The position numbers and the translations under genes were made by a program. Shown here in pieces: positions 20,330-29,980 of a stretch of 32,000 nt of DNA (within the stretch, counting starts at the first letter, position 1; the number at the start of each line of letters is the position of its first letter). The notes beneath the pieces were generated by a model. It had not been told where the DNA came from. It was given only the letters and a program-made list of their open reading frames with translations, and ran no database searches. Origin of the DNA: Amoeboradix gromovi X-113 (taxonomy: Eukaryota; Fungi; Sanchytriomycota); NCBI GenBank assembly GCA_018985225.1, contig JADGIF010000018.1, positions 1 through 32,000 on the forward strand, written 5' to 3'.

Positions 20330-21004
20330 TTATTTGTTATAAAGTTTGACCACTTTATAGCCAAACGATAGTAAGCAAAAGAAACACATAGAATAGTTAA
20401 ATACAATCAGCCAACTACTATTTTCACAGGCTTCATACCAGCTACCAGTGTTCTTTATTTGGGCATCATTTGCCGCTTTACAAACCACACTGCGGATGCT
20501 GACGACGTTGTTATAATCATCCTGGATACTGAATAGATAGCTCTGAGACGAAATGATCCAGATTAATAAAAAACAAAAATCGGTGAAAAGTAGAATTTGA
20601 TTTGCAATTTTTGAATTTGTTGTCACCCCATCTACGGATATTGGAATTGATAAGATTTGAGAATCTGAAGTAGAATCAACCCTTTGAATTTCTCTGTGCC
20701 CGTTCTCATGTTTTTCAACATCTTCTTGAGCCAATGATTTACGTGTCCATACACTCATTCCAATGATACAAATAATAGAATATGTAAGAGAAATCGTTGC
20801 AAGAACAAACGTGAAGTCTTGCCTAAAAGTGTAGACCTCATTTAACGATGGATAAGGATCAGGGAGTCCATCTAAGTATTTGTGCAGTATTCTTCTAATT
20901 CGATTTATAAGATAAATTGTTATAGCACATGCGATCATCTTTAAGGCGTTAAGATACAGCATTTTATTTTTCTTATTTGGAGAGGCTTCCTGATTACCAA
21001 ACAT
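20330..21004 (-). CDS. Uncharacterised 4-TM (MARVEL-like) protein, paralog 2 of 3
   Basis: Same motifs as 14553-15221 (YPSLNEVYTFRQDF, SQSYLFSIQD, SIRSVVCKAAND, WYEAC). The first ATG is at 21004. Confidence 0.75.
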   Translation of the reverse strand: MFGNQEASPNKKNKMLYLNALKMIACAITIYLINRIRRILHKYLDGLPDPYPSLNEVYTFRQDFTFVLATISLTYSIICIIGMSVWTRKSLAQEDVEKHENGHREIQRVDSTSDSQILSIPISVDGVTTNSKIANQILLFTDFCFLLIWIISSQSYLFSIQDDYNNVVSIRSVVCKAANDAQIKNTGSWYEACENSSWLIVFNYSMCFFCLLSFGYKVVKLYNK

Positions 21005-21912
21005 TGGCCTGGTCGTTGGCGTCAAGTAAACACTGCTGAATAAACTAATATTTTTGACTCCTTACTACTGTTCTTGTTTAGTATATAGGGAAATGTAGCA
21101 TTGAGAGGTAATGAATATCTTTCTAAATAGAATAGATCTTCGTGTACAATGCATAATTATGAATGACAGATACACTTGACACTAAAAACGTATAAAAAGT
21201 CAAGCACGTTTATTATTAAGTTGTTTTGCATTAGAACATGATGTTTGCACAGTGCCACCGTTCTATTATTTGTTCCAAGCGCAATTAATTAGACGCACTG
21301 CGTGCAAAACCATGAAACCATCAAATGACAAGCTCATCATCTCAATCGATCAACTAAACCATAGGCACTAAGTCATGACCACTGATTGTATCTACAAATT
21401 CGATAGATATTTATAACCGCGGAGAGGCATCGTATTTTTATTCCCAAAATCTGACGAGCCTCTTTAAAACTGATGCCCGGACTACCGCCATGTATTTAGT
21501 CACTGCTCCTATAAATCGCATTTTTTCTTACGGAACTGAATTTTAACGGATTGATTATTATCAGTTTGAAAAGACAATATTTGACTTTAAATTTGAAAGT
21601 ATGTTTTAGCTTACTAGGCCTCATCAGCAAGAAACAAACTTTTTCTAACCATAAAAATTTGCGTGCTAATCTTTATTTTGAAGCATAATGCTATGGTAAG
21701 AGCATCTCAATGCAAACACATGGTAAAACTTCAACTTGGGTTCGCATGAGTTATCGCTTATTCTTGTTGAGTAGTATTTATCAATCTCTGATTTATATAG
21801 ATATAGTATTGACTTTGTGCTTCAGTGATTTATCTTTCCGTTCATTTTTCACGGAGAAAAGAAACATTGTAGACGATACGGGACTCGTATAAGAGATGCT
21901 GATTTTGTTTGG

Positions 21913-22960
21913 TTGCCTGCTTCATTTAATTTGAAAAATCTATACGTGTTGCATCTTATGCAAGATATTCGTGACATTTCTTATGAAACTTTTAGAAAAA
22001 CATATCATAAAGTCAAAAGTAGTAGATCTGAGATGTGTGACACTTGCATCGACTGCAAGTTACAATTAAGCAATAATAAATTGTCAGAATCTCAAAATTT
22101 GGAACTTGCTAATGATTATCGCACCTACTTTGTGCAAAGGAAGCACGCCTCGAATACACCTGAGATACAAGCCGTGAAAATATCACACACTTGTCATTTG
22201 ATTACTCTCAAAATATGATACTACCTCAATTGGCAGATCAACCTTCAGAACTATACTTTATGTCCTTGTTAACTATCAATGTATTTGGGATCCATAACGA
22301 AACAAACAAGAAGCAACTAAATTACATTTACAGGGAAGATCAAGGTAAAAAAGGAAGCAATAACTTAGCTAGTATTTTGGCTGCTTATATTTTCTGTTTA
22401 CCGCCCAACGACCGTCGATATTTGGTCCTTCATGCTGACAATTGCGTTGGTCAAAAACAATAACAACTTTTTAATATTATTCATGTGGTTATGTCTCATG
22501 GAATATTGTGAGACGATATAATTCAAGTTTATGATTAAAGGACATACAAAGTTTGCACCTGATGGGAATTTTGAACATATCAAGAGAGCCTACCCTGGAA
22601 CAAGTAGTTTTACAATGGAACAGGTAAAACCATGTATACAGGATGCATCTGTTGTGAATAATTGTAAAATCTTTCCAAGTAGTCGATTCAAAGACCATCC
22701 ATCCAGTTTGGACCATTTTTTCAAGAATATCCGAGGGAGAGCAAATTATCAACAATTCAAGTTTACAAGTATTTCCAAGGGTAAAGTGACCATGTCTGTG
22801 AATTCTAATCAAGAGACTGACTTTAGATCTTCGAAAGGATCATGATCTAGGGGATCTCGAATACGAATTTGTTCCAGACACGTTGCCATGTCTAGAACTA
22901 ACTACAAGAAAAAGAACAGCTCGATTGTTTTCTTGAACAAATCATTTATCGAGAATTTTT
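21913..22960 (+). pseudogene. Fragmented Sola-type DNA transposase
   Basis: Consecutive frameshifted ORFs give SYETF, CDTC (22036), FDYSQN...P....LYF, Y.E...KKGSN.LAS, HADNCVGQ(N)KN (22437) and KFMIKGHTKFAPDGNF..IK (22531), the motif series of Sola-superfamily transposases. Confidence 0.75.
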
Positions 22961-23087
22961 ATGCATTTCTATATAATTTCATGACTTTTCAATAGCTTAA
23001 ATGCTCGATATTCTTCATTTTTGCAAATGGTAAATGGAGTAAATAGATGTAATCCTGAATATGTCAATTCTAAATAAATAACAAACA

Positions 23088-23388
23088 GTGGAGCATACAA
23101 AGACATATGATCTGATATACTTGCCATCTTTCAATACTAGTCAAAAGATAAGTAGCTTGTCGAGCAAGGTAGCAAGAAATATGGCAACAATGTCCCATTA
23201 CACATTCAAGGAATGCTTGAAGTTCAAGTGTAAACAAAGAGGAAAGACGATAATCGAATGTAATGAATCATTTACTAGTCAGACATGTACAAGCTGTGGT
23301 ACTCTAAAAAACCAACGTAGAAACCTGAACCTGTACAAAGTGTCATTTGAAGATAGATAGAGACCATATGGCAGTAAGGAACATATAA
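23088..23388 (+). pseudogene. Fanzor2 / IS607-TnpB-like nuclease C-terminal relic (copy F2-a)
   Basis: YDLIYLPSFNTSQ, SKVARNMATMSHYTFKECL, ESFTSQTCTSCG, then after a frameshift TCTKCHLKIDRDHMAVRNI* (DRD at 23356-23364). This covers the RuvC-II region, the zinc finger and RuvC-III. Confidence 0.85.
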
Positions 23389-23511
23389 ATCCTTATTCAA
23401 TCCCGCCACAGGGTAGTGCAAGCGTGAGCGGTCACTGTAACGGAACATCTAGCACTGCTAGTTTCTCTGTGGAAATTCTCCATTTTCTGGAAAATCAGGA
23501 CTTTTAACGGG
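23389..23511 (+). ncRNA. Candidate Fanzor2 omegaRNA scaffold / element right end
   Basis: Conserved in 3 other copies. Stems: 23406-23413/23465-23472, 23449-23453/23457-23461, 23424-23427/23432-23435 and a hairpin at 23482-23495. Ends ...TTTTAACGGG. Transcription is not shown. Confidence 0.55.
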
Positions 23512-24245
23512 AGACTTGCAAAATGTCATGAGATGTGTTCCAGAGGAATACAGAAATTCATACTAGTTAACAGTTTTTATTTGATAATACTTCATTTATT
23601 GATCCACTTTGTTTATTTCGCCTGGACTGTTACAGTATGGCTTCGCTTTCTGCTCAATTCTACAATCAAATCAAACCCTAAATCTATAGATATGAATTTG
23701 CTACTGGTACCGATTTAAACTAACAAAAAATACTACTATAAATCCAAACTTGTCATTATCTATTCGCGACAGTGATATCTTACACAATTTCAAGATGATT
23801 CCAAGTTTAGTGAGACTGGAATTGAAGATTTCGAAAATTGTTTTTAAGAGCTGTAGGATCTCACGGAAGCTCTCAAAATAATATTGGGCTATTTTCAAAA
23901 CAGACTGGAAGCGATTGAATGAATAAGTAAATCAAATTTTCTTTCAAAAACTTTTTATCTGATTGGTCAAGAAATTTGTCTCGTTTTTGTAGTGTATGTC
24001 CCATATTTTAATACATAGGTTGAATATCTCCGCGGAATTCTATCTATAATTAAGTATGAGAAAGAGTTGCAACTATCAATCTTTTAAAGACCACTGCTGC
24101 AAAACGCTTAATTTAGTTTTTTCTTTGATTTTCGCCTCATGGGAGCATTTATTTTTAGGAATTAAGTTGAATTTGCAGAAATAAAATTTTGATCGAGATT
24201 AAGATCATATTTGACATTGAACTAAAAAATTTACTTTTGTCATCT

Positions 24246-24899
24246 TCACTGTTTTGCAGTTCTATTGTTCTTGCTCAAATACAGCAAGCTGTAGACACCA
24301 CTGAACAAATATGCCACACATAGAGTATAACCTATTAATACCAGAGAAAGACAACCATTACATACCTCCCTCCAAGGCCTCTGATTAGAAACATGCGAGT
24401 CATTTGCGGCTCTGCATGATATGCTCTTGATGTCTAAAGTCACATCGTTTGAATTAATTGGAAACAAAAACCCACTTGATGTGCATACCCATAACACCAT
24501 GCACAGCATATCCGCAATTATGCTCGCTTTAGTTATAATCATGTTGGTTCTTAAATATCTTCTTTTCCTCAGTTCGACTTCCAAGCTGTCTTCTTCCTCT
24601 GATATATCGGAGCTCTTTAAAACAAGAAAGAATATGGCTAACAATGCTGCATATGATATGCATACTATTGAGAGTATCATTGTGAACTGCTGTCTATATA
24701 ATACTATGTCTTTTGAATTGGGGTATCCATTTGGTAACTTGTCACTATTTAAATTCACCAATCCTATGTTATTAAATGTGATATAGCTGGCTGAAGACCC
24801 TAGTATAATCTGTATAAATTTAAAGGATACGCGCTTATCAAAATTAGGTAAATAAATTGGTTCGGATTTATCTATCGTGGACAAATCTTGTTCTGACAT
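24246..24899 (-). CDS. Uncharacterised 4-TM (MARVEL-like) protein, paralog 3 of 3
   Basis: YPNSKDIVLYRQQF, SGFLFPIN, ISCRAANDSHV and WREVC motifs match the other two paralogs. Confidence 0.72.
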   Translation of the reverse strand: MSEQDLSTIDKSEPIYLPNFDKRVSFKFIQIILGSSASYITFNNIGLVNLNSDKLPNGYPNSKDIVLYRQQFTMILSIVCISYAALLAIFFLVLKSSDISEEEDSLEVELRKRRYLRTNMIITKASIIADMLCMVLWVCTSSGFLFPINSNDVTLDIKSISCRAANDSHVSNQRPWREVCNGCLSLVLIGYTLCVAYLFSGVYSLLYLSKNNRTAKQ

Positions 24900-24945
24900 C
24901 ACAACGGCCTATTTAAAATTAATTCAAAACTGCATGAAGAGTATT

Positions 24946-26115
24946 CTACTGTGATTTATTAATCGCACTTACACTAGACGACTCTGTATTGCCTGCATCA
25001 TCTGTCTGTATATCTTCCAGAGCATCTACACTTTCGTTCAGAATTTTCATATCACCGACTTCATTAAGCTTAATTGGAGTCATTTCTACCTCTAAATCAG
25101 GTCTCATAGCTCTCGGAGACTGTTTTCGTGATGGTGAATAAATGTATGGCGCTGAATGTGCTTTTATTTCGGGAGTCTTTGGTTTGGGTGATTTGTCAGT
25201 TCCCAGTCCTTTTCTTCTTAGGGAATTACCAGAAGTTCTAACAGCAATTGCACTAATTGGATTATCAATCGGGGAATACAATAACTCACCAGTCTTTAAT
25301 AATTTCTCATTGCTACTAAGATCATCCTCCGCATCAGGCGTCTTTAGTTCGGCAGCTATCCTTGCCTCTTCTACTCTTTCTAGATGTATTTTAGCTATGT
25401 CTTCTGAATTGTATGCCCTACCTATACAAAGTGGGGCTCCACGTGCGTCTGAGTACGGTTTAGCGTTCTTTGGAATTGGATATTTGAAATTTGGTCCCAT
25501 ATTAACATGGACTTTGCTGTCTTTCCACAGGCCGACAGCCGGGTAAAATCTTCCTAAAAACAAATAAGGAAATCCAAGAATTTCTTTGCCATTCAGATAA
25601 TAGACAATTTTACTTTCCCTTTTCCATATTTCCACCTCTTTTTCGTTGACTGCTAAAGGCTGATAGTTCTCCAAAGGGTCCCATTTTCGAGACTCCAAAA
25701 TGGCTTCTTCATCTTCGGAATAACCATTGGGAAGCACAATAAGCATTCCAACCACATCGCCAACCTTGAATCCGACTCTAGAATCAAAGCTCTTACGAGA
25801 TATCGCTTGATGATACAAACCGCCACAGTTTCCAAAACCATAACCAAAGCAATCATAACCAGGGTATGCTTGCAAATCAGCACTGATCTGAGCATAACCA
25901 ACTCTGCAATCGCCAGCTTTTAAAGTTATCTCGTAGTACCAGGATCCCAAATGCAGGCCACAATTCCCTTTTGCTGTTCTCCATCCCAAGTTATTACTAA
26001 TATCGTGTTTTTGATGTTGTATTTGAGGCGCAGAGTGGGTGTTCTCTTTACTCATCAGAACTGTTTCGTTTTTATTGTTCTGTAAGTCACGATATAGTTG
26101 ATATTGGAGGGTCAT
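24946..26115 (-). CDS. ASH2: ASH2/Bre2-like SPRY-domain subunit of the COMPASS complex
   Basis: GWRTAKGNCG...GSWYYEI, RVGYAQ..ADLQA.PGYD.FGYG, GFKVGDVVG and FYPAV...V.VNMGPNF. The probable ATG is at 26115. Confidence 0.78.
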   Translation of the reverse strand: MTLQYQLYRDLQNNKNETVLMSKENTHSAPQIQHQKHDISNNLGWRTAKGNCGLHLGSWYYEITLKAGDCRVGYAQISADLQAYPGYDCFGYGFGNCGGLYHQAISRKSFDSRVGFKVGDVVGMLIVLPNGYSEDEEAILESRKWDPLENYQPLAVNEKEVEIWKRESKIVYYLNGKEILGFPYLFLGRFYPAVGLWKDSKVHVNMGPNFKYPIPKNAKPYSDARGAPLCIGRAYNSEDIAKIHLERVEEARIAAELKTPDAEDDLSSNEKLLKTGELLYSPIDNPISAIAVRTSGNSLRRKGLGTDKSPKPKTPEIKAHSAPYIYSPSRKQSPRAMRPDLEVEMTPIKLNEVGDMKILNESVDALEDIQTDDAGNTESSSVSAINKSQ

Positions 26116-26430
26116 TGAGACAGAAACGAAACAAACTTTTTCAAACAAGTCTCAAAAAAGAACATCTAGTAAAGCAGAGGCCCCAATTTTATCATTTATG
26201 CCTTAAACGACAATCCGGTGTTACCTATTCCTCTCCTTTCCAGCTAGTCATTTTTGTGACTAGGCGAAGAGGCATGCATAAATCGCAATGCAGAATTTAG
26301 ATTATTGGGAAAACAATGCAACACGGCTATATCTTCTAAGTAGACCGATTCAATTAACGGATTTAGAGGCACCAAAAAGTCGCACTTTCGCATGAAATTG
26401 CAACAAAAATATATCCTCGTTTCATATCTT

Positions 26431-27081
26431 ATGGAAATATTCATAGAGGCGCCACGTTCACAAGGATGGCATTCATTTCCTTCACATATTTCAGTTTCTG
26501 AATTCCAAAGGAAAATTGAGCTAATAACTGGGATAACATCTTGCAACCAGAAAATTGATAAACTAACAAATGCTGATCCATTCAAACCTCTTGAGGATTT
26601 TATTCAAAATAAGCAGCACATAATTGTGAGAGGCCAACTTGAATTTGATGAAGAAGTGGAGAAATTTGAGATATCTAATGATCACTATTCCAAATTGACA
26701 GGTACGGTACAATCTTTCTTGAAGCAGAATAAATTAGGAAAGTATGGCGCAAATGACAGTGAATACAGTGAGAATATTGAAAGCTATCCAGATATTGAAG
26801 TAGGTAAAAGATGTTTAGTAATTGTTGACGATTTTCAAAAGACAGGAACAATTTTATACTTTGGACCTTTTCATTTAAAACCAGGAAAAGTTTTTGTAGG
26901 AGTAGAATATGACGAACCATTGGGTAAGCATAACGGGACAATTGATAACCAGTACTATTTCAAGTGCAAACCAAATTATGGTGCATTGGTCAAACCGTCG
27001 AGTGTTATATTGACAATGCCAGATGGGTCGGCGATTCCTTCTCCTGACGAGCTGTTTGAACAGGAATTGATGGAGATGTAG
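26431..27081 (+). CDS. TBCB: Tubulin-folding cofactor B (Ubl + CAP-Gly)
   Basis: KIELITG Ubl region, VEKFEIS...Y....GTV..F...NKLG, and CAP-Gly VGVEYDEPLGKHNG...YFKC..NYG. The probable ATG is at 26431. Confidence 0.92.
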   Translation: MEIFIEAPRSQGWHSFPSHISVSEFQRKIELITGITSCNQKIDKLTNADPFKPLEDFIQNKQHIIVRGQLEFDEEVEKFEISNDHYSKLTGTVQSFLKQNKLGKYGANDSEYSENIESYPDIEVGKRCLVIVDDFQKTGTILYFGPFHLKPGKVFVGVEYDEPLGKHNGTIDNQYYFKCKPNYGALVKPSSVILTMPDGSAIPSPDELFEQELMEM

Positions 27082-27140
27082 TTAATAAATTCTTGCTTGT
27101 TACCAGAAACTGTTAATCATTAGTATGAAGCGTTCTTATC

Positions 27141-27259
27141 AGCTACGGCCATACACACCTGGAAATACCTGATCCTGTCAAATTTCAGAAGTCAAGCAGG
27201 TGCTGGCATGGTTAGTACTGCCATCGGAGACGGGGTGGGAATCCCATGTGCTGTAGCTT
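27141..27259 (+). rRNA. 5S rRNA gene (single dispersed copy)
   Basis: Terminal helix agctacgg/ctgtagct, conserved GGCCATAC, GATCC, AGTCAAGC, TTAGTACT and GGGAA; about 119 nt; followed by a T6 Pol III terminator. Confidence 0.95.
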
Positions 27260-27392
27260 TTTTGCTGCTCTATTTTGCCAAAGTAACTGCTCAATGCGGC
27301 TGTTCAGGTAATATCCCGGATCCCATCATATTTGGTCAAGCGTAAATATGCTAATTAAATAAATTAGAAGCAACATGTATAAAGCGTGTTTA

Positions 27393-28736
27393 TTATTCTT
27401 CAAGAGCTCCAGAATGATAAGAATCGATTTGGTTAGTTCTCTTTTTGTCGTTAATGTTTATTCGGTCACCTATAAACTCATATGTGTATTCCCCAATTTC
27501 GGCCTTATCAATTCCGTCAAATTCGTTATCTTCAGTCATTCTCAATGTCAGTTTTGGTATTTTGTCCATGATGAATAATAAAGCATATGTTAGCACAAAG
27601 CAATAGGCACAAACTGCCACTGTTCCGACCAGCTGATAGACTACCTGCATTCCGTTCCCATCAATAGCACCTCCTGTTTTGGTGGGATCTGGATTACCCA
27701 GTGTTATGTAGTAGTTTTCCGAAAACACTCCGGTTAAAATAGATCCAATGATTCCACCGATTCCATGAATACCAAATACGTCCAAAGTGTCATCATACTT
27801 TAGCTTGAACTTCATTTTAATAGCTATATTTGTTCCCATACCAGATAATACACCAAAGAGAACTGCCGCACCAGGACTTACTAAACCAGCGCCAGGCGTA
27901 ATCGCAACCAAACCTGCCACTGCCCCAGAGCAGAATGCAATACACGACCACTTATGATGTCTCAGATAATCCAAAACCATAAATGATATTGCAGCAGTGC
28001 ATGCAGCTAAATTGGTGTTAAAAAAAGCCAGTGCAGCTTGCCCATTTGGAGAGAGTGCAGAACCACCGTTGAAACCCATCCAGCCAAACCATAGCAAGGC
28101 AGTGCCCAAAACTACGCTGCTAACACTATGCGGTCGATCCTGCATATCCCTTCGTTTGCCAATAAACATGGAGCACGCAAGGCCTGATATACCAGATGCA
28201 ATATGAACTACCAATCCACCGGCAAAATCTTGAATTCCCATTTGAAACAGCCAGCCTTCAGTGCTCCACACCCAGTGAGCTACAACATTGTACACCACTG
28301 TAGACCAAATGAACACAAATACCATTTTAGGTAGTATTCTACATCTTTCAGCTGTAGCACCAAGTAGCAGAGCAGGCGTGATACTTGCAAACATTCCTTG
28401 GAAGGTGATATAAGCAAAATCATTCACACCACCAGTAACACCACCGCCCATTCCTATTAAGAAAGCATTGTTCAAATTGCCAATAAACGGACCAGAATTG
28501 GGGCCAAAAACCAATGAGTATCCCCAAACATACCATTCAATAAATACCACTGCGACAGATAAAAAACACAACAATAAAAAGCTTAGACCGCTTTTTTCAC
28601 GACTTAGACCGCTGTAAAAGTATCCAAGTGCTGGAATCATTAAGAATACCAGCGCCGAAGAAAATAAAAGAAAACTAGAGTTGGTGCTTGTTTGAAGATT
28701 AAGGACTTGACTTTGTAATTCCTCAACTGAAGACAT
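27393..28736 (-). CDS. MEP: Ammonium transporter (Amt/Mep family)
   Basis: FQGMFA.ITPAL, AER, AHWVW, DFAGG.VVH, LWFGWMGFNGGS, GLVAITP and DD.LDVFGIHG motifs. The first ATG is at 28736. Confidence 0.95.
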   Translation of the reverse strand: MSSVEELQSQVLNLQTSTNSSFLLFSSALVFLMIPALGYFYSGLSREKSGLSFLLLCFLSVAVVFIEWYVWGYSLVFGPNSGPFIGNLNNAFLIGMGGGVTGGVNDFAYITFQGMFASITPALLLGATAERCRILPKMVFVFIWSTVVYNVVAHWVWSTEGWLFQMGIQDFAGGLVVHIASGISGLACSMFIGKRRDMQDRPHSVSSVVLGTALLWFGWMGFNGGSALSPNGQAALAFFNTNLAACTAAISFMVLDYLRHHKWSCIAFCSGAVAGLVAITPGAGLVSPGAAVLFGVLSGMGTNIAIKMKFKLKYDDTLDVFGIHGIGGIIGSILTGVFSENYYITLGNPDPTKTGGAIDGNGMQVVYQLVGTVAVCAYCFVLTYALLFIMDKIPKLTLRMTEDNEFDGIDKAEIGEYTYEFIGDRININDKKRTNQIDSYHSGALEE

Positions 28737-29980
28737 CCTGAGCAATATACACTATTAAGGTTATTCGTCTTTAAATACTAATAACTAACTCGCGTGATAG
28801 CAGGAAATTCACACTTGATTTTATCTGTTCCAATCGATGTTTGTGATTGGTGTTGTAGTTTTCATGAAATGAGACGTACTCTAAGAAATGAGCTCATCCA
28901 ATGTTGGGGACTCTCCGTCTAGTTCCCTCATCAATTTAAAAATGTGTTAAAGAATGTACTTTGGCCTCAAATTTTTCAAATTAATGAAGTCAGCTTGTTC
29001 CTAAGAAATAGCTACAAGTCCTTAATCGCCAAATTCGAAAGGACTTACACGCGCTTGATAAGCATTCCGAGACACCGCAGTGCAGTTTGTGTTTTATTCA
29101 TTCGTAGTGAATAAATCTATAAGTTCATTTGCATAATTACTTATCCATTACAAGACTAGATGGATTGCGACAGCTTAACTATGGCCATAGTCACCGTTCC
29201 TTCAATAAATTAAATGATCCACGTTTACTCTCTTTAGCCGTAAATTTAACTGAATACTATAGATTTATTTGATATTTATCACTATTAAAGTTAGAGGTAT
29301 CTTCTTTTCTAATTCACGCTCTTACGAATGTTGAACAGTAACTAGTTCACATCACCATTTATTCTATAGCGTATTAAACAGCGCTTTCTGTAATAGTAAT
29401 GATCGCGTTCATAGTATAATGTGTCCCAATATTTAACTCTTTTCAGTTTCATCTAATACTAGTAGAATGCATTATATATTATGTGAACAAAATATCTGCA
29501 ATAGTTTCTCATAATTCATCAAGTTTATTGTTCATGCGCCTTCGTCTTATGTCCTGGTAAGGTGTCTCTTAATTAAATCTCATAAAAGATCTCTACCAGT
29601 GATGCACAAATTGTTCTTAGGCCATTCGAAGTGTCTGCAAAATTCATTATTGGTGCTATGAAGTCAAGTAGTCTCGATAAATGATTTGTTCAACTAGCAG
29701 TCGATAACTGTTTAACGACTCTGATATCCGAAATTAATTCTAAGCTTTCTTTTTAGCATGCAAATAAGCGTTACCAATTTTTTCGTTTCTTAGGTTTATC
29801 GCGTAAATAGTAAAATTAAAATATTAATCATGAGATTTGAAACGTTTTGTATCAAAAATGATAAGTCATTCTATTTTTGCTTATCTCACATGATCAAATC
29901 ATGAAAGATACAAACTGTGTCGCTGATAATCAGTTCGACAACAATTAAATTTAAAGTCAAATAGCGACATAAAAGAGAAA

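Noticed and set aside
23533-23930. Short ORFs after the Fanzor2 right end
   Set aside because: No recognisable motifs; possibly decayed coding DNA but unassignable.
28790-29290. GATA (nitrogen-regulation) sites upstream of the ammonium transporter, e.g. 29057-29062 and 29140-29145
   Set aside because: Biologically plausible, but the count is not clearly above chance in AT-rich DNA.
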